A stretch of DNA of 31,472 nt from a virus (Duplodnaviria; Caudoviricetes): positions 1 through 31,472 of the IMG/VR virus record IMGVR_UViG_3300017778_001461; one strand, 5' to 3'. Under the pieces are notes generated by a model. That model ran no database searches. It saw only the letters and a list, made by a program, of their open reading frames with translations, and was not told the origin of the DNA. A program made the translations under genes and the position numbers. Positions 18,687 through 26,926 of this stretch are shown here, one piece after another (the stretch's first letter is position 1; the number at the start of each line of letters is the position of its first letter).

Positions 18687-19729
18687 TTTATGTTTTTTAT
18701 TATTTCGCTAATTATAGAATCTATAGAGTATGTTAGTTGCCAATCTTTATAGTGTGATTTAAATTTACTTATATCTGATATCCACCAGACATGATCTCCG
18801 CTTCTATTCTGTTCCACATAATTTAGATTCATTTTTATATTTGTAATAGCTTCTATTTTATTAATAGCTTCTATTATAGAACAGTTAGAATTCCTACCTC
18901 CTCCTATATTATATACTTCAGCAATTTTAGGATTTTGATATACGTGCCAGAATGCATTTACTAAATCATATGACTGGATATTATCTCTTACCTGCTTACC
19001 TTTATATCCAAATAGATTATATGTTCTACTTTCTAAATTAGCCTTAACTAAATAGTTTAGAAATCCATGCAACTCTGCGCCTTTCTGCTTCGATCCAGTT
19101 AAACAACCCCCTCTAAAGATTGTCGTTTTTAATCCGAAGTAATTTCCGTACTCTTGAACATATACATCAGCAGATAGTTTTGAACATCCGAATAAACTAT
19201 GTTTAGTTAAATCTATTGAAAATTTTTCATCTATGCCATTATACAACTCATGACTTAAAGGAAGTTCATACCTAGTATTTAATTCTATTAATGGTAAGTA
19301 GTTTGGATTGTCACCATATACTTTATTTGTAGACATAAAAATGAATACTGAATTAGGACAATACTTTCTTGTTAGTTCTAATAGATTTAAAGTACCTGTA
19401 GCATTTATATTAAAATCTGTAAATGGTTCTTTAGCTGCCCAATCATGGGATGGTTGTGCTGCGCAATGAATTATACAATCTATATCAGATGAATTATCTA
19501 CAAATAGTTTTTTTAGATCTTCATATGATCTTATATCTATTTGATTATGTTCATACTTATTATTACTTTTTAACTCTAATACGTTATCTAATATAGATCC
19601 GTCTTCTCCAAAAAAATAAGATCTTTGATTATTATCTATTCCTATAACTCTAAATCCCTTGTTTAAAAAAAACTCTACAGATTCTTTACCTATTAATCCA
19701 CCTGAACCCGTAACTAATATAGTCTTCAT
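18683..19729 (-). CDS. CDP-paratose 2-epimerase (RfbE/Tyv)-like SDR
   Basis: VTGSGGLIG, AAQPSHDWAA, STNKVYGD, HSLFGCSK, FRGGCLTG, GKQVRDNI, NIGGGR. Confidence 0.8.
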   Translation of the reverse strand: MKTILVTGSGGLIGKESVEFFLNKGFRVIGIDNNQRSYFFGEDGSILDNVLELKSNNKYEHNQIDIRSYEDLKKLFVDNSSDIDCIIHCAAQPSHDWAAKEPFTDFNINATGTLNLLELTRKYCPNSVFIFMSTNKVYGDNPNYLPLIELNTRYELPLSHELYNGIDEKFSIDLTKHSLFGCSKLSADVYVQEYGNYFGLKTTIFRGGCLTGSKQKGAELHGFLNYLVKANLESRTYNLFGYKGKQVRDNIQSYDLVNAFWHVYQNPKIAEVYNIGGGRNSNCSIIEAINKIEAITNIKMNLNYVEQNRSGDHVWWISDISKFKSHYKDWQLTYSIDSIISEIIKNIK

Positions 19730-21454
19730 TTATTTCTTTTTATAGTTATCGATAACGTCTTTAAAGTAATACTCGTAAGCTAAGTCATTTGTTAAATTCA
19801 TTTTCATACTTACTTCGTAGTTATATTTTATAGAATCCATCATAGAGTAGTACAAATCTATACTTAAATTATCTAATATATTACTGAGTTGTTCATCGTT
19901 CTCAAATATTAAGATACCTTTTGTATCAAAGAACTTTCCTATATTCGGACATCCATAATATATAGGAACTGTACCAGTAGTAAAACAATCAATTATCTTT
20001 TCAGTAAAATAATAATCACCTACTTCATGACTTAAATTTTCTATAGCTATACTAAATGCATAATCTTTTATGCTTAAAAATTTGCTTTCATGTCTAAACT
20101 CCTGGCCAAGTAATACTCTTTGACAAGTACCATACACATCAACTCTATTCTTTATCTTATCTAAAAATTTCAATCTTTGAACATGGCCAGGTAACCAAGC
20201 TTTATCAGAAGCCATTACAGAAACTAATTTTGATTTTGGATAGATCTGAAATATATCTTCTGGTAATTCAAACTCTTCATTGTTAGGATCACATTTAAAT
20301 GGAATATGTCCTTGTACTGGATTAGGAAGTTTATTAAATACTATACAATCTGCTGCAGGCATGAATCTAGCATTAGGTATTTTTTCTAATAGATCTTTAT
20401 CGTGAGTAAATACTACATCAAACTTATCATGATTGTTTAGTACTAAATCATAGATTTCATTCTTCCAGTAAGACTTATGCTCAGCTAACCTTGCTACAAC
20501 AGGAACATCTTTTTTAACATTGATCTTTCCTGATATATAGTTTGGAACTTCCCAGTCCATAACCAATACCATATCATACTCTCCAATTAATTCTTGTTTA
20601 TAGCAATAGGTAAACTTTTTTGGGAAGTTAGTTAACTCCATGTAATCGTACCAAACATTTATCTGAGGAAACTTTTCTCCTGATAAACCTTCTTTATACT
20701 GTTTTTTATTTCTTACTTCTACTTCATATATATTATTATCGCTTTTCTGTCTTTCATTAGTTCTTACTTGACAAGACTCACTTCCATTCCATATATATGT
20801 AGGGAAATCAACTACACCTATTTTATCAAGCGGACACATTTCTAAGAATGGATATGTCATTGCTAAGTCTGGTGCATGGTAAAACCATTTGCCGTCTATC
20901 TGAGATTTTATATCATTTAGATCTAAGGCCTTTGCTAAAAATCCTCTTGTAGTTAATAAATGTCCAGCTCTCCAAAGATCTCTTCTATATAATCTATGCC
21001 TATGAATAAAATCTGAATAGTGCGTATTTTGTGGATTAGCCATAGCTACTTCATCTGATCCATTATAAACATAGAACTGTCCATATGTCATCCAAGGCTC
21101 ATTATTATTATAGAAGTCATTTAACTTCTCTAATACAGTTTTATCGAATAACCAATCGTCTCCACACATATTCACACATATATCATCGTCTTCTAATGAA
21201 CTAAAAAATCTTAAGTAGTTATATATAGCAGCTCCATCAGCTCCTAGATTTGTATTATTTCTTATTATAGTAAATTTGTCATTGTTACCAACTATTTCAT
21301 TTACTTTTTTAGAAGTAAGATCAGTTGAACAGTCATCAACATAGTAAGCATGATAATTTGTATATGTTTGATTTAGTATACTTGCCAAATTGTATTCAAC
21401 CCAGTCTTCATTATTATAAGACGCTATTATTATGATAAACTTATTTTGTTTCAT
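19730..21454 (-). CDS. Fusion of GT2 and GT10 (fucosyltransferase)-like domains
   Basis: N-terminal SYNN, SILNQTY, DDCSTD, GDDWL; C-terminal YAFSIAIEN, YFTEKIIDCF..GTVPIYYG. Confidence 0.85.
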   Translation of the reverse strand: MKQNKFIIIIASYNNEDWVEYNLASILNQTYTNYHAYYVDDCSTDLTSKKVNEIVGNNDKFTIIRNNTNLGADGAAIYNYLRFFSSLEDDDICVNMCGDDWLFDKTVLEKLNDFYNNNEPWMTYGQFYVYNGSDEVAMANPQNTHYSDFIHRHRLYRRDLWRAGHLLTTRGFLAKALDLNDIKSQIDGKWFYHAPDLAMTYPFLEMCPLDKIGVVDFPTYIWNGSESCQVRTNERQKSDNNIYEVEVRNKKQYKEGLSGEKFPQINVWYDYMELTNFPKKFTYCYKQELIGEYDMVLVMDWEVPNYISGKINVKKDVPVVARLAEHKSYWKNEIYDLVLNNHDKFDVVFTHDKDLLEKIPNARFMPAADCIVFNKLPNPVQGHIPFKCDPNNEEFELPEDIFQIYPKSKLVSVMASDKAWLPGHVQRLKFLDKIKNRVDVYGTCQRVLLGQEFRHESKFLSIKDYAFSIAIENLSHEVGDYYFTEKIIDCFTTGTVPIYYGCPNIGKFFDTKGILIFENDEQLSNILDNLSIDLYYSMMDSIKYNYEVSMKMNLTNDLAYEYYFKDVIDNYKKK

Positions 21455-22433
21455 TTAAAATTTTATATATGTTTTCTTTCCATGATTCAAGTCCGTAGAA
21501 GAGTTTATAATTATTCTTAGTAGTATAACTACAGTCTTCATAAAAGTCTTTATTACTCTTTAAAGCTATAGCTAACTCTCTTGCACGTTGCACATCATTA
21601 ACATCAATAGCCAATGCCGGGTGGCACATCTTTTGTGTATCAACATTTTTATTTCCTATACATGGTATTCCAAAGTATGCACAATTTAAACTGAATGTTC
21701 CTGCTGCAACTGTTGGCATTAGATGGACTGCATACTTAAAGGTAGATAGAGTCTTCATCCAGTCTACCCATATAAGTCTTGGCAAATGTTTTATACCATC
21801 TACCATTTCTTCACCTTCTCTTTTAGCATGAGATTCTTGAGCCCATATTTCTGTATTGAAATTGTCTGCTACCATATAACTCTCAAACCCACCATACCAT
21901 CTTGCAAAGTTACCGCCAATTATAGCCTTGTCTTCTTTAGTTGGTACTATATCTTTAATAAGATTTTCTATCATTAATGTTTGAATAACATTAACTTCTT
22001 TATTTGGAAACATTCCTTTATAATACATTCTATCGTACTCATTATGAGCAAATATAGAATCACATTGAGATATCATATTATAGAAGTATATTTGATCATA
22101 GATCTCATAATCATTAAACAACCAATGAGGACCTTCTTGAACGTAATGTACTTTCTTGTTATTTGATTTAAGGCTTTCTACTAAAGATGATCTTAGCACA
22201 TCTGATACTGGATTTTGTTTATCCGATAACTTGACTGCAAATGCATTTAGATAGACTTCTCCTTTTGGAAATATTATAAAGACGTGATCATAATTACTTA
22301 TCTTATCTATATTTCTTATATTGTAATGATCTGCATTTAATGTATTCATCCATGCAAACTCTGTTCTCATATTTGGGTGGTTAGAATCTATCTTACCTTC
22401 GAATCCCATCTCAGTTAAAAATGCTATCTTCAT
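21441..22433 (-). CDS. Putative GT-B fold glycosyltransferase; likely start 22433
   Basis: MKIAFLTE start (ATGA overlap with upstream stop); C-terminal AAGTFSLNCAYFGIPCIG resembles the GT-B donor-binding region. Confidence 0.6.
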   Translation of the reverse strand: MKIAFLTEMGFEGKIDSNHPNMRTEFAWMNTLNADHYNIRNIDKISNYDHVFIIFPKGEVYLNAFAVKLSDKQNPVSDVLRSSLVESLKSNNKKVHYVQEGPHWLFNDYEIYDQIYFYNMISQCDSIFAHNEYDRMYYKGMFPNKEVNVIQTLMIENLIKDIVPTKEDKAIIGGNFARWYGGFESYMVADNFNTEIWAQESHAKREGEEMVDGIKHLPRLIWVDWMKTLSTFKYAVHLMPTVAAGTFSLNCAYFGIPCIGNKNVDTQKMCHPALAIDVNDVQRARELAIALKSNKDFYEDCSYTTKNNYKLFYGLESWKENIYKILNETK

Positions 22434-23266
22434 GATTGGTTTTCTATATTTTTCCAAGTGCTAGGATAGTAGTTGCCATTTAAGAAAGATACAGCGCTAT
22501 AAGACTTAACATAGTTTTTAGGACATGTAACTTTTTTATCTATATTTTTATTCTTATATGCGGCACACCAACTGAATGTACTATTTGCAATTATATTATG
22601 ATCGCACATACTCATTAATATAAGATCTACATAATCTGTATTATGTTCTACAAATGTAACCATCTCTCCTTCTATTAAATTATTTTTACACCATTCTATA
22701 TCATTTGAAAATACAACAAAGTGATATTTTTCTAAGTCTTCTAAAAACGGTTCTATTGCTTTAGAATAGTAGTCAGTATCTAATTGACAGAAGTGATGAT
22801 GTTGTGGAAGTAAATAATCCCCCCTTCTTACATGTATAGACACTAATTGTTTATTTGGAACTCGTATCTTTCTAAAAACTGAATCTGCTATTTCTTGATA
22901 ATCTTTATTCCAAGACAGATTCATAACATCATCAGAGTACTTAGGATGCCAGTAATTAAATAGATAGAATAATTCGTCAATATTGTAATTAGTGTTTTTA
23001 TCTAAATTAAGCATCTTTTGATCTACTGATAATGTTTGATCCATTTTTATAGACACAAAGCATTTGAAAAAGTCATCTGGCTTATAACAAACTTCTATGT
23101 CTAATAGATTACAAAATTTAAATCCCCAACCTTTATCTATTATTGATTCAGGAAATACTATTATTTTGTTATTTTCTTTAGCAACTGCACACAAAGAAAA
23201 GTATTGTAGTATTTGAGATCCCAAGTCTCCTGATGTTGCGATGTTTTTAAAAGTTATATAACTCAC
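22430..23266 (-). CDS. Glycosyltransferase family 11 (alpha-1,2-fucosyltransferase-like)
   Basis: GDLGSQ, VSIHVRRGDYL, VFSNDIEWCK, DLILMSMCDHNIIANSTFSW. Confidence 0.92.
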   Translation of the reverse strand: MSYITFKNIATSGDLGSQILQYFSLCAVAKENNKIIVFPESIIDKGWGFKFCNLLDIEVCYKPDDFFKCFVSIKMDQTLSVDQKMLNLDKNTNYNIDELFYLFNYWHPKYSDDVMNLSWNKDYQEIADSVFRKIRVPNKQLVSIHVRRGDYLLPQHHHFCQLDTDYYSKAIEPFLEDLEKYHFVVFSNDIEWCKNNLIEGEMVTFVEHNTDYVDLILMSMCDHNIIANSTFSWCAAYKNKNIDKKVTCPKNYVKSYSAVSFLNGNYYPSTWKNIENQS

Positions 23267-24606
23267 TGTTTACTTTTTACAAAATCAGAAATTACAGTAT
23301 CTATGTAATCTAATTGTGCATCTGTAATTCCGGGGTATACTCCTAAGAAGAATGTATCTATAGTTGTTTTAGTAGCCATAGGGAATTCATTTCTTGGATC
23401 TTTATATTCTGCAGCTTGTTCATAATAAGCTGGATGTAACAATGCATTACCTGTAAAATAAGATCGTGTTTGAATCTTAGCCTCTTCCATTGTATCTACC
23501 AACTCTGCTTTTGTAAATGGAACGTTATCTTTAAGAGTAACTAGATATCCAAACCAAGATACATCAGCTTTATCATGCCAAGTAGGAATGTAAAAGTATT
23601 CAGGATACCTACTAAAGATATCATAAAGTCTTTTGAAGTTATGCTTTCTTCTAGAGTGCATCTCATCAAGCTTATCTAATTGTGCAAGACCTATTGCTGC
23701 TTGCATCTCAGTTGGTTTCAAGTTGTATCCAATCTCGTCAAATATGTACCTATGGTCGAATACAATATCATCATGACCTTTGAACCACGAGTCAAACCTG
23801 CATCCACACGCGGTTCCTGTCATTACATTACCAGGCTTAGTCGTATTACAATAACATGCGCGACCCCAATCTCTAAGTGATGCTAAAGCCATTCTTTTCT
23901 TTGCAGAGTTAACAGCTACAAATCCACCTTCACCCATAGTCATATGATGCGCTGGGAAGAATGAACATGTAGAGATATCACCAAATGATCCCAATGGTTT
24001 TCCATCCCAAGTACTACCTAAAGCATCACAAGTATCTTCTAGATAAATAAGATCATACTTCTTTACAATATCCATAAATCTATCCATATCTGGAGGATTA
24101 CCAAGAACATGTGCAAAGATGATTCCTTTAATTTCTTTATTTACATCCTTCTCAAGAATCTTTTCTACTTGATCAAGATTAAGATTTAGATTAGGAAGTT
24201 CTACATCCACAAATACAGGCTTAAATCCGTTTTGGATAATAGGATTAATAGTAGTCGGGAAACATACTACAGGCGTAATGAACTTAGAACCCTCAGGAAG
24301 TTTACCCCACCTTTTTGTTTTAAGTAGAGCTACCATTAGTAAATTAGCTGAACTACCGGAATTAACTACGATACCATCTTTTTTACCAAGTAGTGGAGCA
24401 AACCTAAGTTCAAACTCACGCCCTTTTTCACCTAATATAAACCAATCATTTAATAGTGAGGATATACCATTAGTATATTCATCCTCATTGAACCAAGGTC
24501 CTGAGTATTGGATCCAGTCTTTACCTGCGGTCCATGTTTTATTTTTTTTCTTTTCTTTTATATAGTCTGCTACTAGATCTAAAATAACTTGTTTTTTACT
24601 ATCCAT
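23263..24606 (-). CDS. rfbH: NDP-4-keto-6-deoxyglucose 3-dehydrase, E1 type (DdhC/RfbH)
   Basis: VNSGSSANLL, EDTCDALG, SFFPAHHMTMGEGG (His in place of the PLP Lys), RDWGRACYC...CGCRF Fe-S cysteine region, IGYNLK. Confidence 0.9.
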   Translation of the reverse strand: MDSKKQVILDLVADYIKEKKKNKTWTAGKDWIQYSGPWFNEDEYTNGISSLLNDWFILGEKGREFELRFAPLLGKKDGIVVNSGSSANLLMVALLKTKRWGKLPEGSKFITPVVCFPTTINPIIQNGFKPVFVDVELPNLNLNLDQVEKILEKDVNKEIKGIIFAHVLGNPPDMDRFMDIVKKYDLIYLEDTCDALGSTWDGKPLGSFGDISTCSFFPAHHMTMGEGGFVAVNSAKKRMALASLRDWGRACYCNTTKPGNVMTGTACGCRFDSWFKGHDDIVFDHRYIFDEIGYNLKPTEMQAAIGLAQLDKLDEMHSRRKHNFKRLYDIFSRYPEYFYIPTWHDKADVSWFGYLVTLKDNVPFTKAELVDTMEEAKIQTRSYFTGNALLHPAYYEQAAEYKDPRNEFPMATKTTIDTFFLGVYPGITDAQLDYIDTVISDFVKSKQ

Positions 24607-25501
24607 GTTTCAATTTTATTGAGTCGTATGTTTTCTTTATTCCATCAATATAAGACGTAAATTTATATTCGGGAAACAAATTCTTAAAAGTGTCGCAATT
24701 AATATCTTTTCTGTATTGTCCGTTAGGTTTTGTCTTATCGTATTCTATATCAAGATATTCTGAATCTGTTGCTTTTAATGCTAATCTAGCTAGTGTATCT
24801 ATACTTAGATTTTCATTTGTACTTAGATTCATATTCTCTTTTATATCGTAAGTAATAATAAACTTAATAATTTCGGCAATGTCTTTAGCAAAGGTAAACT
24901 GTCTTAATGGAGTGCCATCTCCAAACAAAGTAATTTTACTATCTCCATTTTGCTTTGCTTTTAAGATCTTATCTAATAAGGCTCCTACAAAATGCTTTCT
25001 ACTTGTGTCTCCATGTTCAAACTCCCCATATAAATTAGATGGGATTATATACGAGTAGTTTAACCCATTTTTCTTAGATATATCTATATGAACTCCTAAT
25101 AGTCTTTTAGCATATCCATATCCAAAATTATTTTCATTAGGAAGATCTTTATGAAGATCAGATTCTAACAGTGGATAGTGATCAGAAACATCAGGATATA
25201 TACATGAAGACAGTGCGCCTACAAATTTTTTAACCTTAAAAAATCTAGCATATTTTACTAGGTTTGTATTCATTGCTACATTATCTTCATAATACTCAAA
25301 CGGATTAGTTATGTTATCCATAATGCCTCCAACTCTTGCAGCTAAATGGATTACTACGTCTGGTTGATGTTTTGAAAACATTTTAATTGTATCTAATTCG
25401 CTTGTTAAATTATAGTCTTTAGAACTAAGATAAATACCGTCTATTTGTTTTTGGAGGTATTGGCCTACTAAACCTGTTCCTCCTGTTATTAATATTTTCA
25501 T
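24599..25501 (-). CDS. fcl: GDP-L-fucose synthase-like 3,5-epimerase/4-reductase (Fcl/WcaG/ColC family)
   Basis: TGGTGLVG, HLAARVGGI, SSCIYP (catalytic Cys), YGYAKR, PSNLYG, HFVGALL (His), GDGTPLRQF. Confidence 0.88.
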   Translation of the reverse strand: MKILITGGTGLVGQYLQKQIDGIYLSSKDYNLTSELDTIKMFSKHQPDVVIHLAARVGGIMDNITNPFEYYEDNVAMNTNLVKYARFFKVKKFVGALSSCIYPDVSDHYPLLESDLHKDLPNENNFGYGYAKRLLGVHIDISKKNGLNYSYIIPSNLYGEFEHGDTSRKHFVGALLDKILKAKQNGDSKITLFGDGTPLRQFTFAKDIAEIIKFIITYDIKENMNLSTNENLSIDTLARLALKATDSEYLDIEYDKTKPNGQYRKDINCDTFKNLFPEYKFTSYIDGIKKTYDSIKLKHG

Positions 25502-25510
25502 TTTATATAA

Positions 25511-26134
25511 TTAAATTGTACTGTATAAAGTATTCTGTTTCTCCTGTCTTTCTATATCTTTATTATGAATTAAACAATAATGTTCTTCTGCAGGAAATAA
25601 TGAATAACTATTGTGTCCTATTAATACTTCGTGGACTTTATTTGCCCACCAAATTTTTGAACTATTTTGTAATATCCTTGTTTGATAGTCTGGAAAGTTT
25701 ACCCAGCCTTTTTCATTTACTTGCCATCTCCACGTATCAATATGTTGTTGAGTAAGTCCTTCTACTGTATTAATCCTAGGTAGTAAAAATAAGTCAATTG
25801 TTGGATTATTTTGCAGAATTTCTGGCAAGCACTGTATAAATTCTTCTTTCAAGTATTCATCAGCGTCTATTTGAAAAATCCACTCACCAAAACAATTAGC
25901 CTTAAGATTATTTTTAAAATTACCAAAGTTACCTTTAAGACCAAACTCAACTAACTTGATACTATCTTTATATTGATCAATTACTTGATAGACTTCTTTT
26001 GTAGTATTACCAAGATCTGATTGCACTACAATTTCATCTTCTGGTCTTTTGTTACTAATTAGAAAATTCAAGAGTCTATCTAACTCTTTGTGCTCATTAC
26101 AAACTGGTATTGCATACGAAATTTTCATATTCAT
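25511..26134 (-). CDS. Glycosyltransferase family 2 (short)
   Basis: ISYAIPVCNE, WIFQIDADE, FPDYQTRI, KVHE. Confidence 0.88.
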   Translation of the reverse strand: MNMKISYAIPVCNEHKELDRLLNFLISNKRPEDEIVVQSDLGNTTKEVYQVIDQYKDSIKLVEFGLKGNFGNFKNNLKANCFGEWIFQIDADEYLKEEFIQCLPEILQNNPTIDLFLLPRINTVEGLTQQHIDTWRWQVNEKGWVNFPDYQTRILQNSSKIWWANKVHEVLIGHNSYSLFPAEEHYCLIHNKDIERQEKQNTLYSTI

Positions 26135-26586
26135 TAATTGTTTATATCAAACAATCCAATATAGTCGCATGCATCAAAATATCCGTCTTGACCAAAATTT
26201 TCTAACGTTTTTGAATCTGACTTATACATCTTGCCTTTGAATCTTATATTCTCTTTCTCTTCTTCTGAAAGTGATACAGATTTAATAGCGCTCCATTCCC
26301 ATTCATCTTTAGATGCACCATTTGCAAACACAGTACCTTTACCTTCTATGTTGATAATGTGAGGATACCAAACTCTTCCTAATTCATCTATATACTTAAT
26401 GTCTTTATAAAGTTCAGGCATTTCATTTTCAAATTCTTCAAAATCAAATTCAGCTTCACGCATCAAATCATTTGTTTGAAAGCCGCAATTAAAACATGTG
26501 TAAGAATTATGAAACTCATTTACAGGTACAATATAACAAGAGTCTTGTACTTTACATTTTGGGCATGTTGTTAAATTATTAATCAT
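26134..26586 (-). CDS. Zn-ribbon hypothetical protein; true start likely 26586
   Basis: MINNLTTCPKC...CFNCGF; ATG overlaps the stop of the upstream gene. Confidence 0.75.
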   Translation of the reverse strand: MINNLTTCPKCKVQDSCYIVPVNEFHNSYTCFNCGFQTNDLMREAEFDFEEFENEMPELYKDIKYIDELGRVWYPHIINIEGKGTVFANGASKDEWEWSAIKSVSLSEEEKENIRFKGKMYKSDSKTLENFGQDGYFDACDYIGLFDINN

Positions 26587-26926
26587 TGAGTTGTTGTTTT
26601 TCTTTTTTATATTCTGCTGTACTATTTGTGAAATATCCAAATCCTTCAGGATGATTTGTGTAATGCCAACAACCCATCTTATTATTCCATACAGTAGTTC
26701 CTGTTGTTGGTGCGCCAAATGAAAATGAACTTCCTGATGCTGTGTCAGTTAGCGGCATTAGATCTTTGTAATTATCTATTTCTACGTCAATACCAGGATT
26801 GTCATTATAGTCTTGTACTTCATTCAATACTTCTTTAATATGATCCCATTGTTTTGGTGTGGCAGTATAATCATTACACGCTTCTGTAAATCCGCGAAGC
26901 CAAATTACAAAATCTCTTGATATCAT
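26579..26926 (-). CDS. Small phage hypothetical protein
   Basis: FVIWLRGFTE...QWDHIKEVL N-terminus common in phage proteins; TAATG coupling at 26926. Confidence 0.7.
   Translation of the reverse strand: MISRDFVIWLRGFTEACNDYTATPKQWDHIKEVLNEVQDYNDNPGIDVEIDNYKDLMPLTDTASGSSFSFGAPTTGTTVWNNKMGCWHYTNHPEGFGYFTNSTAEYKKEKQQLND

Noticed and set aside
23263-24606. DegT/PerA-type sugar aminotransferase or ColD
   Set aside because: His replaces the Schiff-base Lys and the E1-type Cys cluster is present.
26587-26718. N-terminal extension of the 194-aa ORF 26134-26718
   Set aside because: It overlaps the upstream gene by about 140 nt; the ATG at 26586 coupled to the upstream stop is more plausible.
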